A stretch of DNA of 63,939 bases, filler included, from Octopus bimaculoides (GCF_001194135.2; 7 parts of 5 records of this genome joined end to end with filler, not necessarily neighbours in it), one strand, 5' to 3'. Shown: positions 46,508 through 60,068, numbered from the whole stretch's first letter. Numbers and translations: made by a program. Notes: generated by a model not told the origin, from the sequence alone.

Positions 46508-47169
46508 AGTATGTATGTATATAAGCATATATATATATATATATGCATGTATAGAAGCATATGTATGTATACATCAGTATACATATCATCTCATCGAAGT
46601 CGTCCCACAGGACGCCCCCAGTATATATATATATATATGCAGTATGCTTAATAAACATATATATAGTCTCACTGTGAAAATATAATTTATGGCTTCGGTA
46701 GTTAAAAGGGAAAGTCAGTTGAATGGTATTGTCTGTCTTCATTTTGATCGCAATTCGCTTATCTCCTTTATGTTAAATGGAAACTAATTATTCTTAGCTG
46801 AAGTAATTTACATAATGGTACGACACTACATGATTAGTGTTGGGAGAAATAAGCAAACCACTGATCTAATGAACAGAGACCATGGTTTTGAGAGAATTAC
46901 AACAATGGTGTTATCTTTCTGTGTGCAGTGAATGAAGATACTCTACCTACCAGCATTGTAAGAAGCAATACAAATAATCACTATGCAACTTCATGATCAG
47001 CTGCATATAACTCAAAGATGTTGCGTTCTTTCCCGAAATGTAGGGAGCTGAGAGTCGGTTAGATCTTCAGAAGGGCCAAATTTCAAATGCATCACTTAAA
47101 GGCCAAGAGCACAAAAATAACAACAGATGCTACTGCTGGAAGCCTTATCTCAGTAGCCCAAATATTGGT

Positions 47170-47336
47170 TTCAAATTTTGGCATTAGGGGGTAAGTCGAG
47201 TACTTCAGCCACCGTATTAAAGTGGTACTTATTTTATTCACCCCGAAGGATGAAGGGCAAAGTCAACCTCGTCGGAATTTGAACTCAGAACAGAAAGACG
47301 GACGAAATGCTGCTACACAACGATTTTGCCAGCTAG
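47170..47336 (-). mobile_element. SINE family A, degenerate
   Basis: ggtacttattttattcaccccgaaggatgaagggcaaagtcaacctcgtcggaatttgaactcagaac. Confidence 0.8.
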
Positions 47337-47368
47337 TAGTCTGAATATTGTAAGATTTGACAATCTCA

Positions 47369-47430
<62 letters not shown>

Positions 47431-47957
47431 CACACAGAGGTTAGCGTTATCGTACTTAATGAAGAAAATATCAAAATAATTACAAACAACAATGCTATGC
47501 AGAAATGATAAATGCAACGTTAATTAGTGACATTTTTCTTTCCATTAGTGTCAGACTGAATACTTCGGGACATTTGTTCGCAGTCGCTGACCAGTTTAAC
47601 ATCACCACCTTGCATCTTTGATGCTTTTAACGGAGCCCACATAGTCTTAATCACTCTCACCAGGTTTTTGTCTTGACGATATCTTTCTTCCCACTCGTCT
47701 CGAAGATCATTGGTACTGCTTGACTAAATGGATAAAAAACACGTACAGTAGATAACTTAGTACAAGTTTCGGTTGTATCATAACCCACACAAGGCATCAA
47801 AGACTCCACCATGCTTGCGGAAGAAGTACTCGACGTAGAAAAGTAAAAAGAAAAACAAATGATCAATAAATATCAATTTAACTATTGTTTATCCTGCAGA
47901 TGGCGCATCTGAATTATCTTTCTATAAATAAGACGATATTTATTTCTATGCTTAAGA

Positions 47958-48062
47958 AATAAATCCTGGGGTCGATTTGTTCGACTAAAACTCTTCAAGG
48001 CGATGCTCCAGCATGGCCGCAGTCAAATGACTGACACAAGTAAAAGAAAAGAATAAAAGAAT
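47958..48062 (+). mobile_element. SINE B 3' end
   Basis: tcctggggtcgatttgttcgact...ggcgatgctccagcatggccgcagtcaaatgactga...gtaaaagaaaagaataaaagaa. Confidence 0.85.
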
Positions 48063-48419
48063 ACATACATACATACATACATACATATGTAATTGTGAAA
48101 GAACAACTAGCTCAAATTCAAACTCCCAGCTTTTAGACAATAAATGCACAGCTATATGGTGCTGCAGAAACTGTGCATTGGGAGTAAAAGAGACCGATCC
48201 AAAATATATTCTTGAGCAAAAATAGATTACTTCCCTCCATAAAGGACTGAGGAAAATGATAGGACAGTTGGACGCTATCTTTAAATGCACAGTTAAAAAT
48301 GAATTCACAAATCACCAGCTCCGATTGCATGATATATTCTCCAAATTGTATAGGAATTTCCGCTGACAGACACTCACAAGTAAACTTATTACCCTCAAAC
48401 ACGATCTACGAACGGTAAG

Positions 48420-49960
48420 TGCAAAACGTGGCTTCTTATAAAGTTGCATGAACGAAAAATGATAAACTGCAAGTTTGCTCGAAACCAGGAAGCTGTATAT
48501 CGCAGTATGAAAGATGATTGCATCAAGGTAGTTGATGCTCCTCTCAAGGAAGACCCAGAATCATTCTCGCGGGAAATCTGAGATGTAAACAAAGATCACA
48601 ATCACGATGCAGCATGGTTACACGAACTACGAAGTAAGTATTGTGTAAATGGCTATTATGAAACTGTCGAATGGAAAATTACTTGGTAGAGATCTGATAG
48701 TTGGCTACTGATTAAAAATCTCTTGTTCTACAGGGAAATCCTTACGAGCCTATTTAAAGATCAATGAGTACTGAGCTAGATATAACAAAAAGCGCGCTTG
48801 AATGTTATATACAAACTGTACGCTGGTTGTCTGAATAGGCTTTTCCTAGACCACTGCTAGACAAATGGTTTGACAATTGATGAACAGGCAAGAGGAAAAA
48901 AAAGAGCCTGGGGTTGTGTTGAGTAGCACCTCCTCGACTAAGTTGTTCTTAAGAATGCTAAACAACATAGCCGCCGTCTCTTGACACCATGATTTGACTA
49001 CAAGGTGTTTCACTCTGTGCCTCTCTCATGAATGCCATTGAAAGACTGATCACAACGCGGTCTACTGACAACTACTAAAGCACTGACAACTACTAAGGTA
49101 ACACCTATTGTTACAAACATAATCAAGCTATCAACAGGCACATTCCAGGGTAATAGTTTATCTGTGATGTTGTTTGTACAGGTCAATGAACTCTTTCTCA
49201 GCCCTGTTAACAAAATGCCAAAGCTACATGATGGGATATGCAGAAAAGAATATAATTAATGTCACCCACACATTTTTTGTGGATGATCTAAAATTTTATT
49301 CTGGTAACATGAATCATATCAAGGACATTAAAAAACAATTACGATTAATCACAACATCCTCATGAGATATTGCAATGGAGTTTGGGCAAGATAAATGCAA
49401 ATACATGACGGTCAGCCGAGGAAAATTTGTCACCTAGACAGAGAACATGTATATCAATGGGTTTGTCTATAATCCATATCTCTAATGATGAACTCAATGG
49501 GAATGTTGCATTCGTTGGTGCTGTAACTAAAGCCAGAATAGTAAAAGAGTACTTCTGTAGACTCCGGAAAATACGGAACTCAGAGCTGTCTGCATTTAAC
49601 AAGACCGTATCTCACAATGTTTTTGCAGTGCCAGTGCTGGTATCAACATTTGGGATATTACACGGGACACTTGATGAATCTGCAGCCTGGTCATCAAAAC
49701 TAGAAAGGTACTGACCACCACTGGCAGATTTCACCTCAACAGCGACACCGACAAGATCTATGTGAGACCAAGGGATGGCAGTAGAGGTATAAGATCAGCC
49801 CAAACACCCTTTGAATGTCGCATTGTGTCACTCAGACAACATCTGGTGAACAATAAGGAAAGAAATGAGTAAATCCCATGCAAATTCAAAAATGAAAGCA
49901 ACACCTTCAGAGTTGGAGAAGAACTGCTGAGAGGGGGATTAGGCTATGTATCTACAAATT
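48420..49960 (+). mobile_element. R4-clade LINE RT region, heavily decayed
   Basis: KFARNQEAVYR...KDHNHDAAWLHELR; GRDLIVGY; KLSTGTFQGNSLSVMLFV; VTHTFFVDDLKFYS; DTDKIYV...RGIRS. Confidence 0.8.
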
Positions 49961-50269
49961 CGGCTATGTATATACAAATTCGCATAAAAACCTAGAAATA
50001 TTAGATTTTTCGAAAAGAAAAAGAAACTGACAGTCTCCATATCGGTGCAGTGAAGTAAGACATTCTAAAGATTCCGCATCTGCGATTCTTTAGATGAATA
50101 GATGCACACATGTGGGTGTGTTCATCGACAACTCAACCAACACACCAACTCAACTACTTATCTACAAACACCGGGGACTTCCTTAGCTAAAAAAAAGTCT
50201 TGTCGCTTTGTTAGCTTGAAGTCTCTTGAGAAGAATTTAAATAAAACTCGAAGAAAAAACATACGTACA

Positions 50270-50500
50270 TAGGCGCAGGCGTGGCTGTGTGCTAAGAAGC
50301 CACATGGTTCCGGGTTCAGACCCACTGTTTGGCACCTTGAGCAAGTGTTTTCTACTATAGCCTCTGGCCTGCCAAAGCCTTGAAGTGGATTTGGTAGATG
50401 GAAATTGAAAGCCTGTCGTGTATGTATATATATATATATATATATAAATTCTTTTATTTGTTTCAGTTATTTGACTGCGGCCATACCGGAGCACAGGCTT
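50270..50500. mobile_element. SINE B 5' half (+) joined through (TA)n to an inverted SINE B 3' end (-)
   Basis: ggcgtggctgtgtgctaagaag...ggttcagaccc...ggaaattgaaagcctgtcg, then cttttatttgtttcagttatttgactgcggccat. Confidence 0.75.
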
Positions 50501-51169
50501 ATATATANNNNNNNNNNNNNNNNNNNNNNNNNNNNNNNNNNNNNNNNNNNNNNNNNNNNNNNNNNNNNNNNNNNNNNNNNNNNNNNNNNNNNNNNNNNNN
50601 NNNNNNNNNNNNNNNNNNNNNNNNNNNNNNNNNNNNNNNNNNNNNNNNNNNNNNNNNNNNNNNNNNNNNNNNNNNNNNNNNNNNNNNNNNNNNNNNNNNN
50701 NNNNNNNNNNNNNNNNNNNNNNNNNNNNNNNNNNNNNNNNNNNNNNNNNNNNNNNNNNNNNNNNNNNNNNNNNNNNNNNNNNNNNNNNNNNNNNNNNNNN
50801 NNNNNNNNNNNNNNNNNNNNNNNNNNNNNNNNNNNNNNNNNNNNNNNNNNNNNNNNNNNNNNNNNNNNNNNNNNNNNNNNNNNNNNNNNNNNNNNNNNNN
50901 NNNNNNNNNNNNNNNNNNNNNNNNNNNNNNNNNNNNNNNNNNNNNNNNNNNNNNNNNNNNNNNNNNNNNNNNNNNNNNNNNNNNNNNNNNNNNNNNNNNN
51001 NNNNNNNNNNNNNNNNNNNNNNNNNNNNNNNNNNNNNNNNNNNNNNNNNNNNNNNNNNNNNNNNNNNNNNNNNNNNNNNNNNNNNNNNNNNNNNNNNNNN
51101 NNNNNNNNNNNNNNNNNNNNNNNNNNNNNNNNNNNNCCTCGATATTATGTAAATAGAGGAACATATCTC

Positions 51170-51525
51170 TTTTACTCTATTACTCTTTTACTTGTTTCAG
51201 TCATTTGACTGCGGCCATGCTGGAGCACCGCCTTTAGTCGAGCAAATCGACCCCAGGACTTATTCTTTGGAAGCCTAGTACTTATTCTATCGGTCACTTT
51301 TGCCGAACCGCTAAGTTACAAGGACGTAAACACACCACATATATATAAACAGAGACACATAAACACACACACACATATATATATACACATATATACATAT
51401 ATACGACAGGCTTCTTTCAGTTTCCGTCTACCAAATCCACTCACAAGGCTTTGGTCGGCCCGAGGCTATAGTAGAAGACACTTGCCAAAGATGCCACGCA
51501 GTGGGACTGAACCCGGAACCATTCG
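51170..51525 (-). mobile_element. SINE family B, near full-length
   Basis: Close match to 22727-23204; lacks the extreme 5' head. Confidence 0.9.
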
Positions 51526-52287
51526 GTAGCCATGATAAAACTCCCAGCTTCGGATGTTGGGGCCGAAACCCACGCCGGCATCTCTTCAGTTATCGGGCCA
51601 TCGAAAAAATGCTATGAAAATGACCGTTAAAACAAAGGGAAATTACTGTTTGATTGACCGTTATTAAGACAAAAGAGCTATTAGAATGACCGCAAAGTAA
51701 GGGGAGGGAGTAAAGGTAAGGGAGTAAAAATGTTCATAGTAATCTCGTAAGCGCGCATGTCCATACATACACATGCGCGCTCCCCACGTACATGCGCCTA
51801 TATGTATATACTCATCTACCCTCACTTGAAACACACACATGCTCACCCACACATTCGCTAAAAAATATATACATACCTGCATACACGCATATATATATAN
51901 NNNNNNNNNNNNNNNNNNNNNNNNNNNNNNNNNNNNNNNNNNNTTAATTAATTAANNNNNNNNNNNNNNNNNNNNNNNNNNNNNNNNNNNNNNNNNNNNA
52001 ATTTTGCTTAAAAGAGTTCCAACACTGTCTGTTTTTTATGTTTTATTTATATTCCTGCAGAACTAATGTGGGGTATAGAATATGGAATATACAATATATA
52101 ATATGATATACAATATACAATATAAAATAAAATAAAATAAAAATGGATGGCACCATGAAAGAAAGTATTGAATGTAGATGAAATATTGAGTGTTCAATAT
52201 AAAGGATCAAATATATAAATATATAAATATAAATATATATATATAAAGGCGACTCGAGTTTCAGGCCGGTATGACAGACTTTAACAT

Positions 52288-52355
52288 ATATATATCCATA
52301 TAGTTAGTGGATATATATCCATATAGTTAGTGGATATATATCCATATAGTTAGTG
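52288..52355. repeat. 23-bp tandem repeat, about 3 units (ATATATATCCATATAGTTAGTGG)
   Basis: Exact repeats at 52288, 52311 and 52334; junctions form the palindrome GGATATATATCC. Confidence 0.9.
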
Positions 52356-52782
52356 AAGCAAACCTACTGATTAATGGTGAAATAAATATTCTAGAAAAAG
52401 TCAAATAATCTTTGTGTGCCACTATTTGATAAATCAGAATAAAAAAGAAATATCAACTGAATTTTTTAAGAAATGTAAGAATATCTAATAACAGATAATT
52501 CTGAATATTTTAAATTTATTAAAACAAGATTGGTATTTTTTTGGTTTCTTTATCTTACAATACAAATGATTTAAATAAAAGAAAAAAATATGATCTGATG
52601 ACCACTAATTTTCTATATAGTCTCACAGCCTCAGTTGCTATCAAAATCAGTTTGAATTGATACATAATGACATTGTCTTGTATGTTTACTACCATAGGAA
52701 TCAATGTTCAATTTAAATTACTTTCTAAGTTCTAAACTTCACTCAATCTATTTCCATTATTCAACACCATATATACTAATAC

Positions 52783-52835
52783 TTGCTAATGGTAACATAG
52801 TCTCAACTTCGGCATTAGTGATTCCAAAGCAACCC
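52783..52835 (-). CDS. Candidate 53-nt exon (GCFGITNAEVETMLPLA)
   Basis: Acceptor tttgagttcacAG, donor CAA|GTATTA; one open frame; GC-richer than its flanks. Product not recognised. Confidence 0.25.
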
Positions 52836-54575
52836 CTGTGAACTCAAATTTTAAAGTTAATTTGAATTTAATTTATTTCAAATGTAATCAAGTGTTTTTG
52901 ATTTAAGAGTTAGTAAAAATCAATGGGAGCATAATATGTACAGAGTTCAATTTTATAAATTGGAGTGAGTTGACTTGCAATGAGGAGTGAAAAATCCAAT
53001 GTTCTTAACACTTCAGACAGAGAAGGAAAAAAAATAAAGATCTTAACACTAAGACACAAAAATGCTAATGGGAGAAAGAAATGGGAAACTGAAGTCTAAA
53101 AGTAGAGGTGAAGAAAGGGGGAAGGTCAGGGAGCAATATCGAGGTGGGGAGTATAAGGTTGCAGAAAATATGAAGAGGAAATAAAAAAAAATCTGGAGGA
53201 GGGATGAACAAAGTAGTAGATGGGTGAAGTAGGGGAAAAGATAGAAGGTTGGATAAGGAGGAGAGGGTCAATGGAAAATGGGTGAGAGGATACAGACACT
53301 ATAACAAAGTCAACCAGGAGGAGAAGGAGGAAGGCAGGAATGAGTTAGTAACAATGACTGGAACAATACTAATTAAAGGCTATTCAAAAATACATATAAA
53401 AAGTTAGTTGTGGGGAACTTGAAACGTTAGAAAGGGATCCAGACAATGGGGCCAGAAAATATAGTAGTCTTTGAAGAGAGGTAAAGAAAATGAATATTTC
53501 ATAAAAATAAAACAGTAGCTGGTGTTATATCAATGAGATCTGAAAGGACATCAAATATAAACATGCATATGTCATCAGTGCTTTACGTCCACTTTCCATG
53601 CAGACATGGGTTGGATGAGTTGTTGCTTTCTGAGATGAGTAAGAAGACTATGTCTCACTCATAAGTTTCAGATTTGGCTTGGTTTCTATGGCTGCCCTTA
53701 CTAACACTTGTACTTGGAAGCATTTTTTATAGTACTAACACTAGAGGGATTGCCATGACTTCAACAAGACTAAAACGGCCCCTTGACCTCACACTTAACT
53801 GAATGCATTGTGTGTATTTTATCATGGCAACAATGCTGTAAACAAATAGGAGTGAGAGTTTGATGGATATCAGGAGAAGAATCAACAGTGAAAGTGATGA
53901 CAGATGTGAGTACTTAATGGTCAAAAGACAAAGAATTGATAGAGTGTATAGGGTACCTACATATTTGATAATGTCCCTTGTACATGTCGCTCAAGATGGG
54001 TGAAACAGCTAAGGTAATAAGGATGGGAGAGGTAGAGATGGAGTAATAATGATAAGGCTAGATAGATCTAGTGGTATCTCTAAAAGCAATGTATGGTAAA
54101 CAGAAGGCATTCACCATCCTTTGTCTCACATACACACACACATACATATTAAATTATGATTACTCATTTTAACATCAACTACTTCTATGCTGGCATGGGT
54201 TGGACAAAACTTCTAGAGGCAGAATTCTAGGGTCAGATGTCCTTCTTGATGTCAAACTTTGTTTTCAAATAAGGCACCTTATTCCAATGTTATTCACACA
54301 TCAAACTGTTTGAAGCATACTTTGTTTGTGCACAAGAGACATTTATTTATGCCGTCTGTGAACAATGCTTAATGTGAAAACGTACATACACATACAATGA
54401 GCTTTTGTACCATTTCTGCCAACCAAATTTTACTTGGAAGACATTGGTCATGCCAAGGCTATGATGAAAAATGCTTGTCCAAAGTGTAATGCAGTGGGAC
54501 TAAACTCCCAAACCTTGTGGCCAAAATGAACTTCTTAATCGTTCACCTGTGCCCACACAATATATATGTGTGTGC

Positions 54576-54617
<42 letters not shown>

Positions 54618-54619
54618 CA

Positions 54620-54745
54620 AATTCACAGGAAAACAAGAGATAAAGACAGGTGAGGGAACAAGTAGGTGTTTAAGTTGGACACTTGGGAAGAATGGAAAAG
54701 TCTTTGGTGTTTCAAGCCTACACCCTTCAACAGAATGCGAGAGAG
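54620..54745 (-). mobile_element. Penelope-like pseudo-LTR fragment (copy 3) with a decayed hammerhead motif (54701-54736)
   Basis: Minus strand CTGTTGA-A-GGGT gtag GCTT-GAAA-CACC-aaaga; CpG sites of the motif are mutated. Confidence 0.55.
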
Positions 54746-54751
54746 AGATAG

Positions 54752-54786
<35 letters not shown>

Positions 54787-55051
54787 CGCGTGTGTCATTG
54801 TTATTATGCAAAAAGTGTCGTAAGTCCAATACGTTGCTTTTCAGGAAAAAGAAAAACTAGTTTTACTATTCCATAGTGAAACTGCTTTGCTACACTTTGG
54901 CAATTTTTGATATCTTGGCATCTGAAGCAACTGGAGATATGATAGTTTGATCAAAAGAACCAGCTATTACAAGCAAAAATAAATATTGAAAAACAAAACG
55001 CATTTGGTCAAATTTGGACATATGATAGTTTAACATAATAGCAATGATATA

Positions 55052-55093
<42 letters not shown>

Positions 55094-55504
55094 ACAAAGA
55101 TTATACACAGAATACAAATATGTAAACACAATATATCTAATATACATATCACACATATACCAAGTGTTATTGAAATTGATTATGAACAAAACTTTGAGCT
55201 TACTCTCATGGAATAATGTGACTAATAATATATGAAGAATCATAAACTTAAGGTCAAAAACCTTGTTTATTATCTACCAAACACAGAACAGAGTAAACAC
55301 TCTTCTTAGAATGGGAAAGTTGAAGTAGCAATAAGCTTTATTACTTGGAAGCTACTATATCTCTTTAAAGATTAAATAAAAATCAATTTTATTGTGTGAA
55401 ATATTACTTTTGTAATTACTTCACAATATAGTAAAACACAAGAAAATGTAAGTCAACAAAAACAAAAAAATTTAATACTCTATATCACCATCTGATATAT
55501 TTAC

Positions 55505-55602
55505 CACTTTTGGTGTTTCAATTATCTTTCTATCTGAGGCACATATTGGTTTCCTTATGTATAACTTGAATTTTAGGACTTGAACCAATATTCTAAACGT
55601 AA
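55505..55602 (-). CDS. Candidate 98-nt exon (xTFRILVQVLKFKLYIRKPICASDRKIIETPKV)
   Basis: Acceptor gaagttttttacAG, donor GTG|GTAAAT; open frame. Product not recognised. Confidence 0.25.
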
Positions 55603-56095
55603 CTGTAAAAAACTTCAGAATCTAGTGTGAAGATGTTTTAGACTATTTTACATTTCATTCTGTGGTTTATAATGGCACAAAATAGGTTCCACTTTTTAAA
55701 TTTTTACCACAGATAGAAATAAACTTTTATTATGTTGATACAAAGCCAAAATTCTCAAAGGCTATTAATCAGTTGCGCATACAACATTTATCAGCTGTGT
55801 ATAGAACTCAAAAGAAACAACATAATGAGACAGCTTATTTAATTTAACAAATAATTCATTAACAATCTAATCATGAAATTAAATGTCATTCCTTCAAGTT
55901 AAATACCATAAAATTTGGTTTTAAAATATCTTGATGAAGATTGTATACCTATATAGAATGTTTCTAAGTTCAGTCTGAGCATAAATAACAAAAAACCTCA
56001 AAAACTGAAGATAAATTAGTAACAGTGATACAAGCAGAAAATATTATAAAATATGTAAATGTGTGTGTGCATGCATGCACACACACATGCATATT

Positions 56096-56453
56096 GTCAT
56101 CACTGCTTTTCCTCTTCCCAGGCTACAGGCCCACACCCCCAACACCCATACTGTTAGGATTGGCACTCTCAACGTCGGCACGCTGAAAGGTAGATCTGGT
56201 GAAATTGTTGAGATGCTTGAACGGAGATGCGTAGATATGTGCTGCATCCAGGAAGTAAGATGGAGAGGAGGTTCTGCAAGGTTCCTCACAGGCAAAGAAC
56301 ACAGGTACAAGATTTTCTGGGCAGGGAACACTGACGGGGTCGGGGGCGTAGGAATACTTCTAGCGGAGAAATGGGTGGATAAGGTAATCGAGGTCGTTAG
56401 AGTAAGTGACAGAGTACTTAAGATCAGACTAGTGCTTCATCATAGATTAGCTA
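56096..56453 (+). mobile_element. RTE-clade LINE ORF start: apurinic endonuclease (APE) domain, uninterrupted up to the gap
   Basis: TVRIGTLNVGTLKGRSGEIVEMLERRCVDMCCIQEVRWRG...GVGGVGILL...VSDRVLKIRL: canonical APE motifs (TxNV, QExRW, GVG, SDR), no stops. Confidence 0.88.
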
Positions 56454-56553
56454 NNNNNNNNNNNNNNNNNNNNNNNNNNNNNNNNNNNNNNNNNNNNTTA
56501 ATTAATTAANNNNNNNNNNNNNNNNNNNNNNNNNNNNNNNNNNNNNNNNNNNN

Positions 56554-56597
<44 letters not shown>

Positions 56598-56614
56598 ACA
56601 TATACACACATATA

Positions 56615-56725
56615 TACGAGGAGCTTCCATACAATTTCTGTCCACTAAATTCACTCACAAGTCATTTGGTCGGGGCTGAACCCGAAAACACACAGTTGCA
56701 AAGAAAGCAAGCCACGCCTGCGTCT
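56615..56725 (-). mobile_element. SINE B-related fragment
   Basis: acgaggagcttccatacaatttctgtccactaaattcactcacaagtcatttggtcgg. Confidence 0.6.
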
Positions 56726-58772
56726 ATTCTGTACTTTCGCTACACAACAAAGTTAGCTCCGTGTGCATGGGACAGGTCACCGATACATTCTACAATTTGA
56801 ATGTGTCGCTCTAAGACTATACACTGATTTTTTGAGGGTGATTTGGTTGTTGCTTCTAGCATTTTGAGCGACCATAAAGAAGCTCCTCGTTCATTGCAAG
56901 CTTCACTTCTTATCTTATCTGTAGTAATCATTGCAAATTGATTACTTTTAATGTCATCATAAATATCATCATCACTGCCATCATATATATATACTCTCTC
57001 TCACCATCACCACCGATACTAGAATAAACTCCACCGACTTCTTCCCCTACCACCACCACCGCCACCGCCACCGCCACCACTGCCATCGTCACCATTCGGA
57101 CTATTTCCTTCATATCCGTCACCGTCCACTCATAGTAGATGGGGACTGTCACCAGCTTCATATGCATCAACTTCATCATTTCTCATATTTTGCTATTATT
57201 CACTCACTCACTCACCCACTCATTCATTCACTCACTCAATCTCTCCCCCCCTCTCTTTCCTTTTCCCCACACACATGTACACATACACGCACAATTTTAT
57301 ACGTTTATCTCTATTTGTAGTTATCTTTATTATATGTTGTTGTAATTGTTATAATTGTTGTTGCGAATTTGCTGCTGCTGCGTGTATGTTAGAAAATGAT
57401 TTTTCATATCAGATGGCGTTAATGTGAACATCACTCCGACAGTTGTAAGACACTTGTGAGCCTTATCTTTATGTTTGTTCATATCGTTTCAACGAGGGCT
57501 ATTAGAAAGGAAGCGCCAAACAAAACAAAAATCAAAGAATAAAGAAAATTCCATTGAAAAGAAAACTAAATTGAATAGAACTGAATGAGATTTCTTTCTT
57601 AATCTTTTGCCTTCAATATTCATTGATTTTCACTTTGCTTTATTTTATTTTAAATTTTCTTTTATTCATTTATTAATTATATGATGAAGACTCAATGAAT
57701 TGAAGAAAGAAACAAAGACATACACATAAAAACTCCAAAAAAGAAAAAAGAAAAAAAGAAAGAAAAATATGGTTGTGACGAGACAGATTGTCAGCAAGAC
57801 GATTGACTTAATAAGCTGCCATGATAATTTTCTCACTAATGCTTTAAGCTAGAAACTACACCAAAAAATGTTTCCCTGATAGATAGATAGATATCTTTTC
57901 AGTGATTACAATTCCCTGTTGGAATCCTTTCCCCTCAACAAAAAAAAAATTAAAAATAGAGGGAGAAAATACATGAAATAAAAACGTGTAACAAACAGGA
58001 TTAAATTTTTACTTCCGAAAGAAGAGACACAGTTTTGTTCCTTTTTCATTATTTCTGTTTTACCCAAGAGAGGAAAGGGGCAAAGCATTATAGCTACAAC
58101 GATCATAAATATAAGGTGGGGGTGGGGGTTNNNNNNNNNNNNNNNNNNNNNNNNNNNNNNNNNNNNNNNNNNNNNNNNNNNNNNNNNNNNNNNNNNNNNN
58201 NNNNNNNNNNNNNNNNNNNNNNNNNNNNNNNNNNNNNNNNNNNNNNNNNNNNNNNNNNNNNNNNNNNNNNNNNNNNNNNNNNNNNNNNNNNNNNNNNNNN
58301 NNNNNNNNNNNNNNNNNNNNNNNNNNNNNNNNNNNNNNNNNNNNNNNNNNNNNNNNNNNNNNNNNNNNNNNNNNNNNNNNNNNNNNNNNNNNNNNNNNNN
58401 NNNNNNNNNNNNNNNNNNNNNNNNNNNNNNNNNNNNNNNNNNNNNNNNNNNNNNNNNNNNNNNNNNNNNNNNNNNNNNNNNNNNNNNNNNNNNNNNNNNN
58501 NNNNNNNNNNNNNNNNNNNNNNNNNNNNNNNNNNNNNNNNNNNNNNNNNNNNNNNNNNNNNNNNNNNNNNNNNNNNNNNNNNNNNNNNNNNNNNNNNNNN
58601 NNNNNNNNNNNNNNNNNNNNNNNNNNNNNNNNNNNNNNNNNNNNNNNNNNNNNNNNNNNNNNNNNNNNNNNNNNNNNNNNNNNNNNNNNNNNNNNNNNNN
58701 NNNNNNNNNNNNNNNNNNNNNNNNNNNNNNNNNNNNNNNNNNNNNNNNNNNNNNNNNNNNNACACACACACA

Positions 58773-58822
<50 letters not shown>

Positions 58823-58880
58823 CCTTTGATTGCACGCAACGCGAGAGACTGGAGAGAGAGAGAAAGAGAGAGAGCGAGAA

Positions 58881-58911
<31 letters not shown>

Positions 58912-60068
58912 AATAGTAAGCGAGGGCATATCGAATAGGAATTTCTAAAAGCAAAGCCTATTTACAGAATTAATGTAGAACGAAAGAATGTCGAAATTAA
59001 AAACTAATTGAAAAATAGCTAAAAAGAAAGAAAATAACTAGAACTGTACATCAATTGGCAATGACAATCACAGGTGAATGTCACAATTGTGGAACAGACG
59101 GCAAATATTAAAAGATCAAGGAACCTGATAACTGGGAATATTTCTACGGAAGTGTTTGTGTGCACGGTTACGTGTGTACTTGTGTGTGTGACTGTGTATG
59201 CACGTGCATGCTCTCTAGTATATATATATATATATATATNNNNNNNNNNNNNNNNNNNNNNNNNNNNNNNNNNNNNNNNNNNNNNNNNNNNNNNNNNNNN
59301 NNNNNNNNNNNNNNNNNNNNNNNNNNNNNNNNNNNNNNNNNNNNNNNNNNNNNNNNNNNNNNNNNNNNNNNNNNNNNNNNNNNNNNNNNNNNNNNNNNNN
59401 NNNNNNNNNNNNNNNNNNNNNNNNNNNNNNNNNNNNNNNNNNNNNNNNNNNNNNNNNNNNNNNNNNNNNNNNNNNNNNNNNNNNNNNNNNNNNNNNNNNN
59501 NNNNNNNNNNNNNNNNNNNNNNNNNNNNNNNNNNNNNNNNNNNNNNNNNNNNNNNNNNNNNNNNNNNNNNNNNNNNNNNNNNNNNNNNNNNNNNNNNNNN
59601 NNNNNNNNNNNNNNNNNNNNNNNNNNNNNNNNNNNNNNNNNNNNNNNNNNNNNNNNNNNNNNNNNNNNNNNNNNNNNNNNNNNNNNNNNNNNNNNNNNNN
59701 NNNNNNNNNNNNNNNNNNNNNNNNNNNNNNNNNNNNNNNNNNNNNNNNNNNNNNNNNNNNNNNNNNNNNNNNNNNNNNNNNNNNNNNNNNNNNNNNNNNN
59801 NNNNNNNNNNNNNNNNNNNNNNNNNNNNNNNNNNNNNNNNNNNNNNNNNNNNNNNNNNNNNNNNAGAGTGAAAAAGACTACAGAACTCTCGTGTTATATG
59901 GTTAAAGAATACATTTAAATCGTTATGTTAGGAAAATGTTATAAACATTTGTGTAAAGTAACATTGTTTCTGGAGAAATAACCGGTTTCGTATTTTCTTT
60001 TCAAATTTCTCAAATTTCTTTATCGATATTGTGTCATTTCTTCGCTTTACTGAAACAAAGAAACCTTC

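Noticed and set aside
51545-51600. CTGAAGA...stem on the minus strand / GGCCGAAACCC on the plus strand
   Set aside because: The core halves lie on different strands or in the wrong order; no hammerhead fold.
57493-57512. ACGAGGGCTATT mariner-like TIR start
   Set aside because: No TA target site, no partner end and no transposase nearby.
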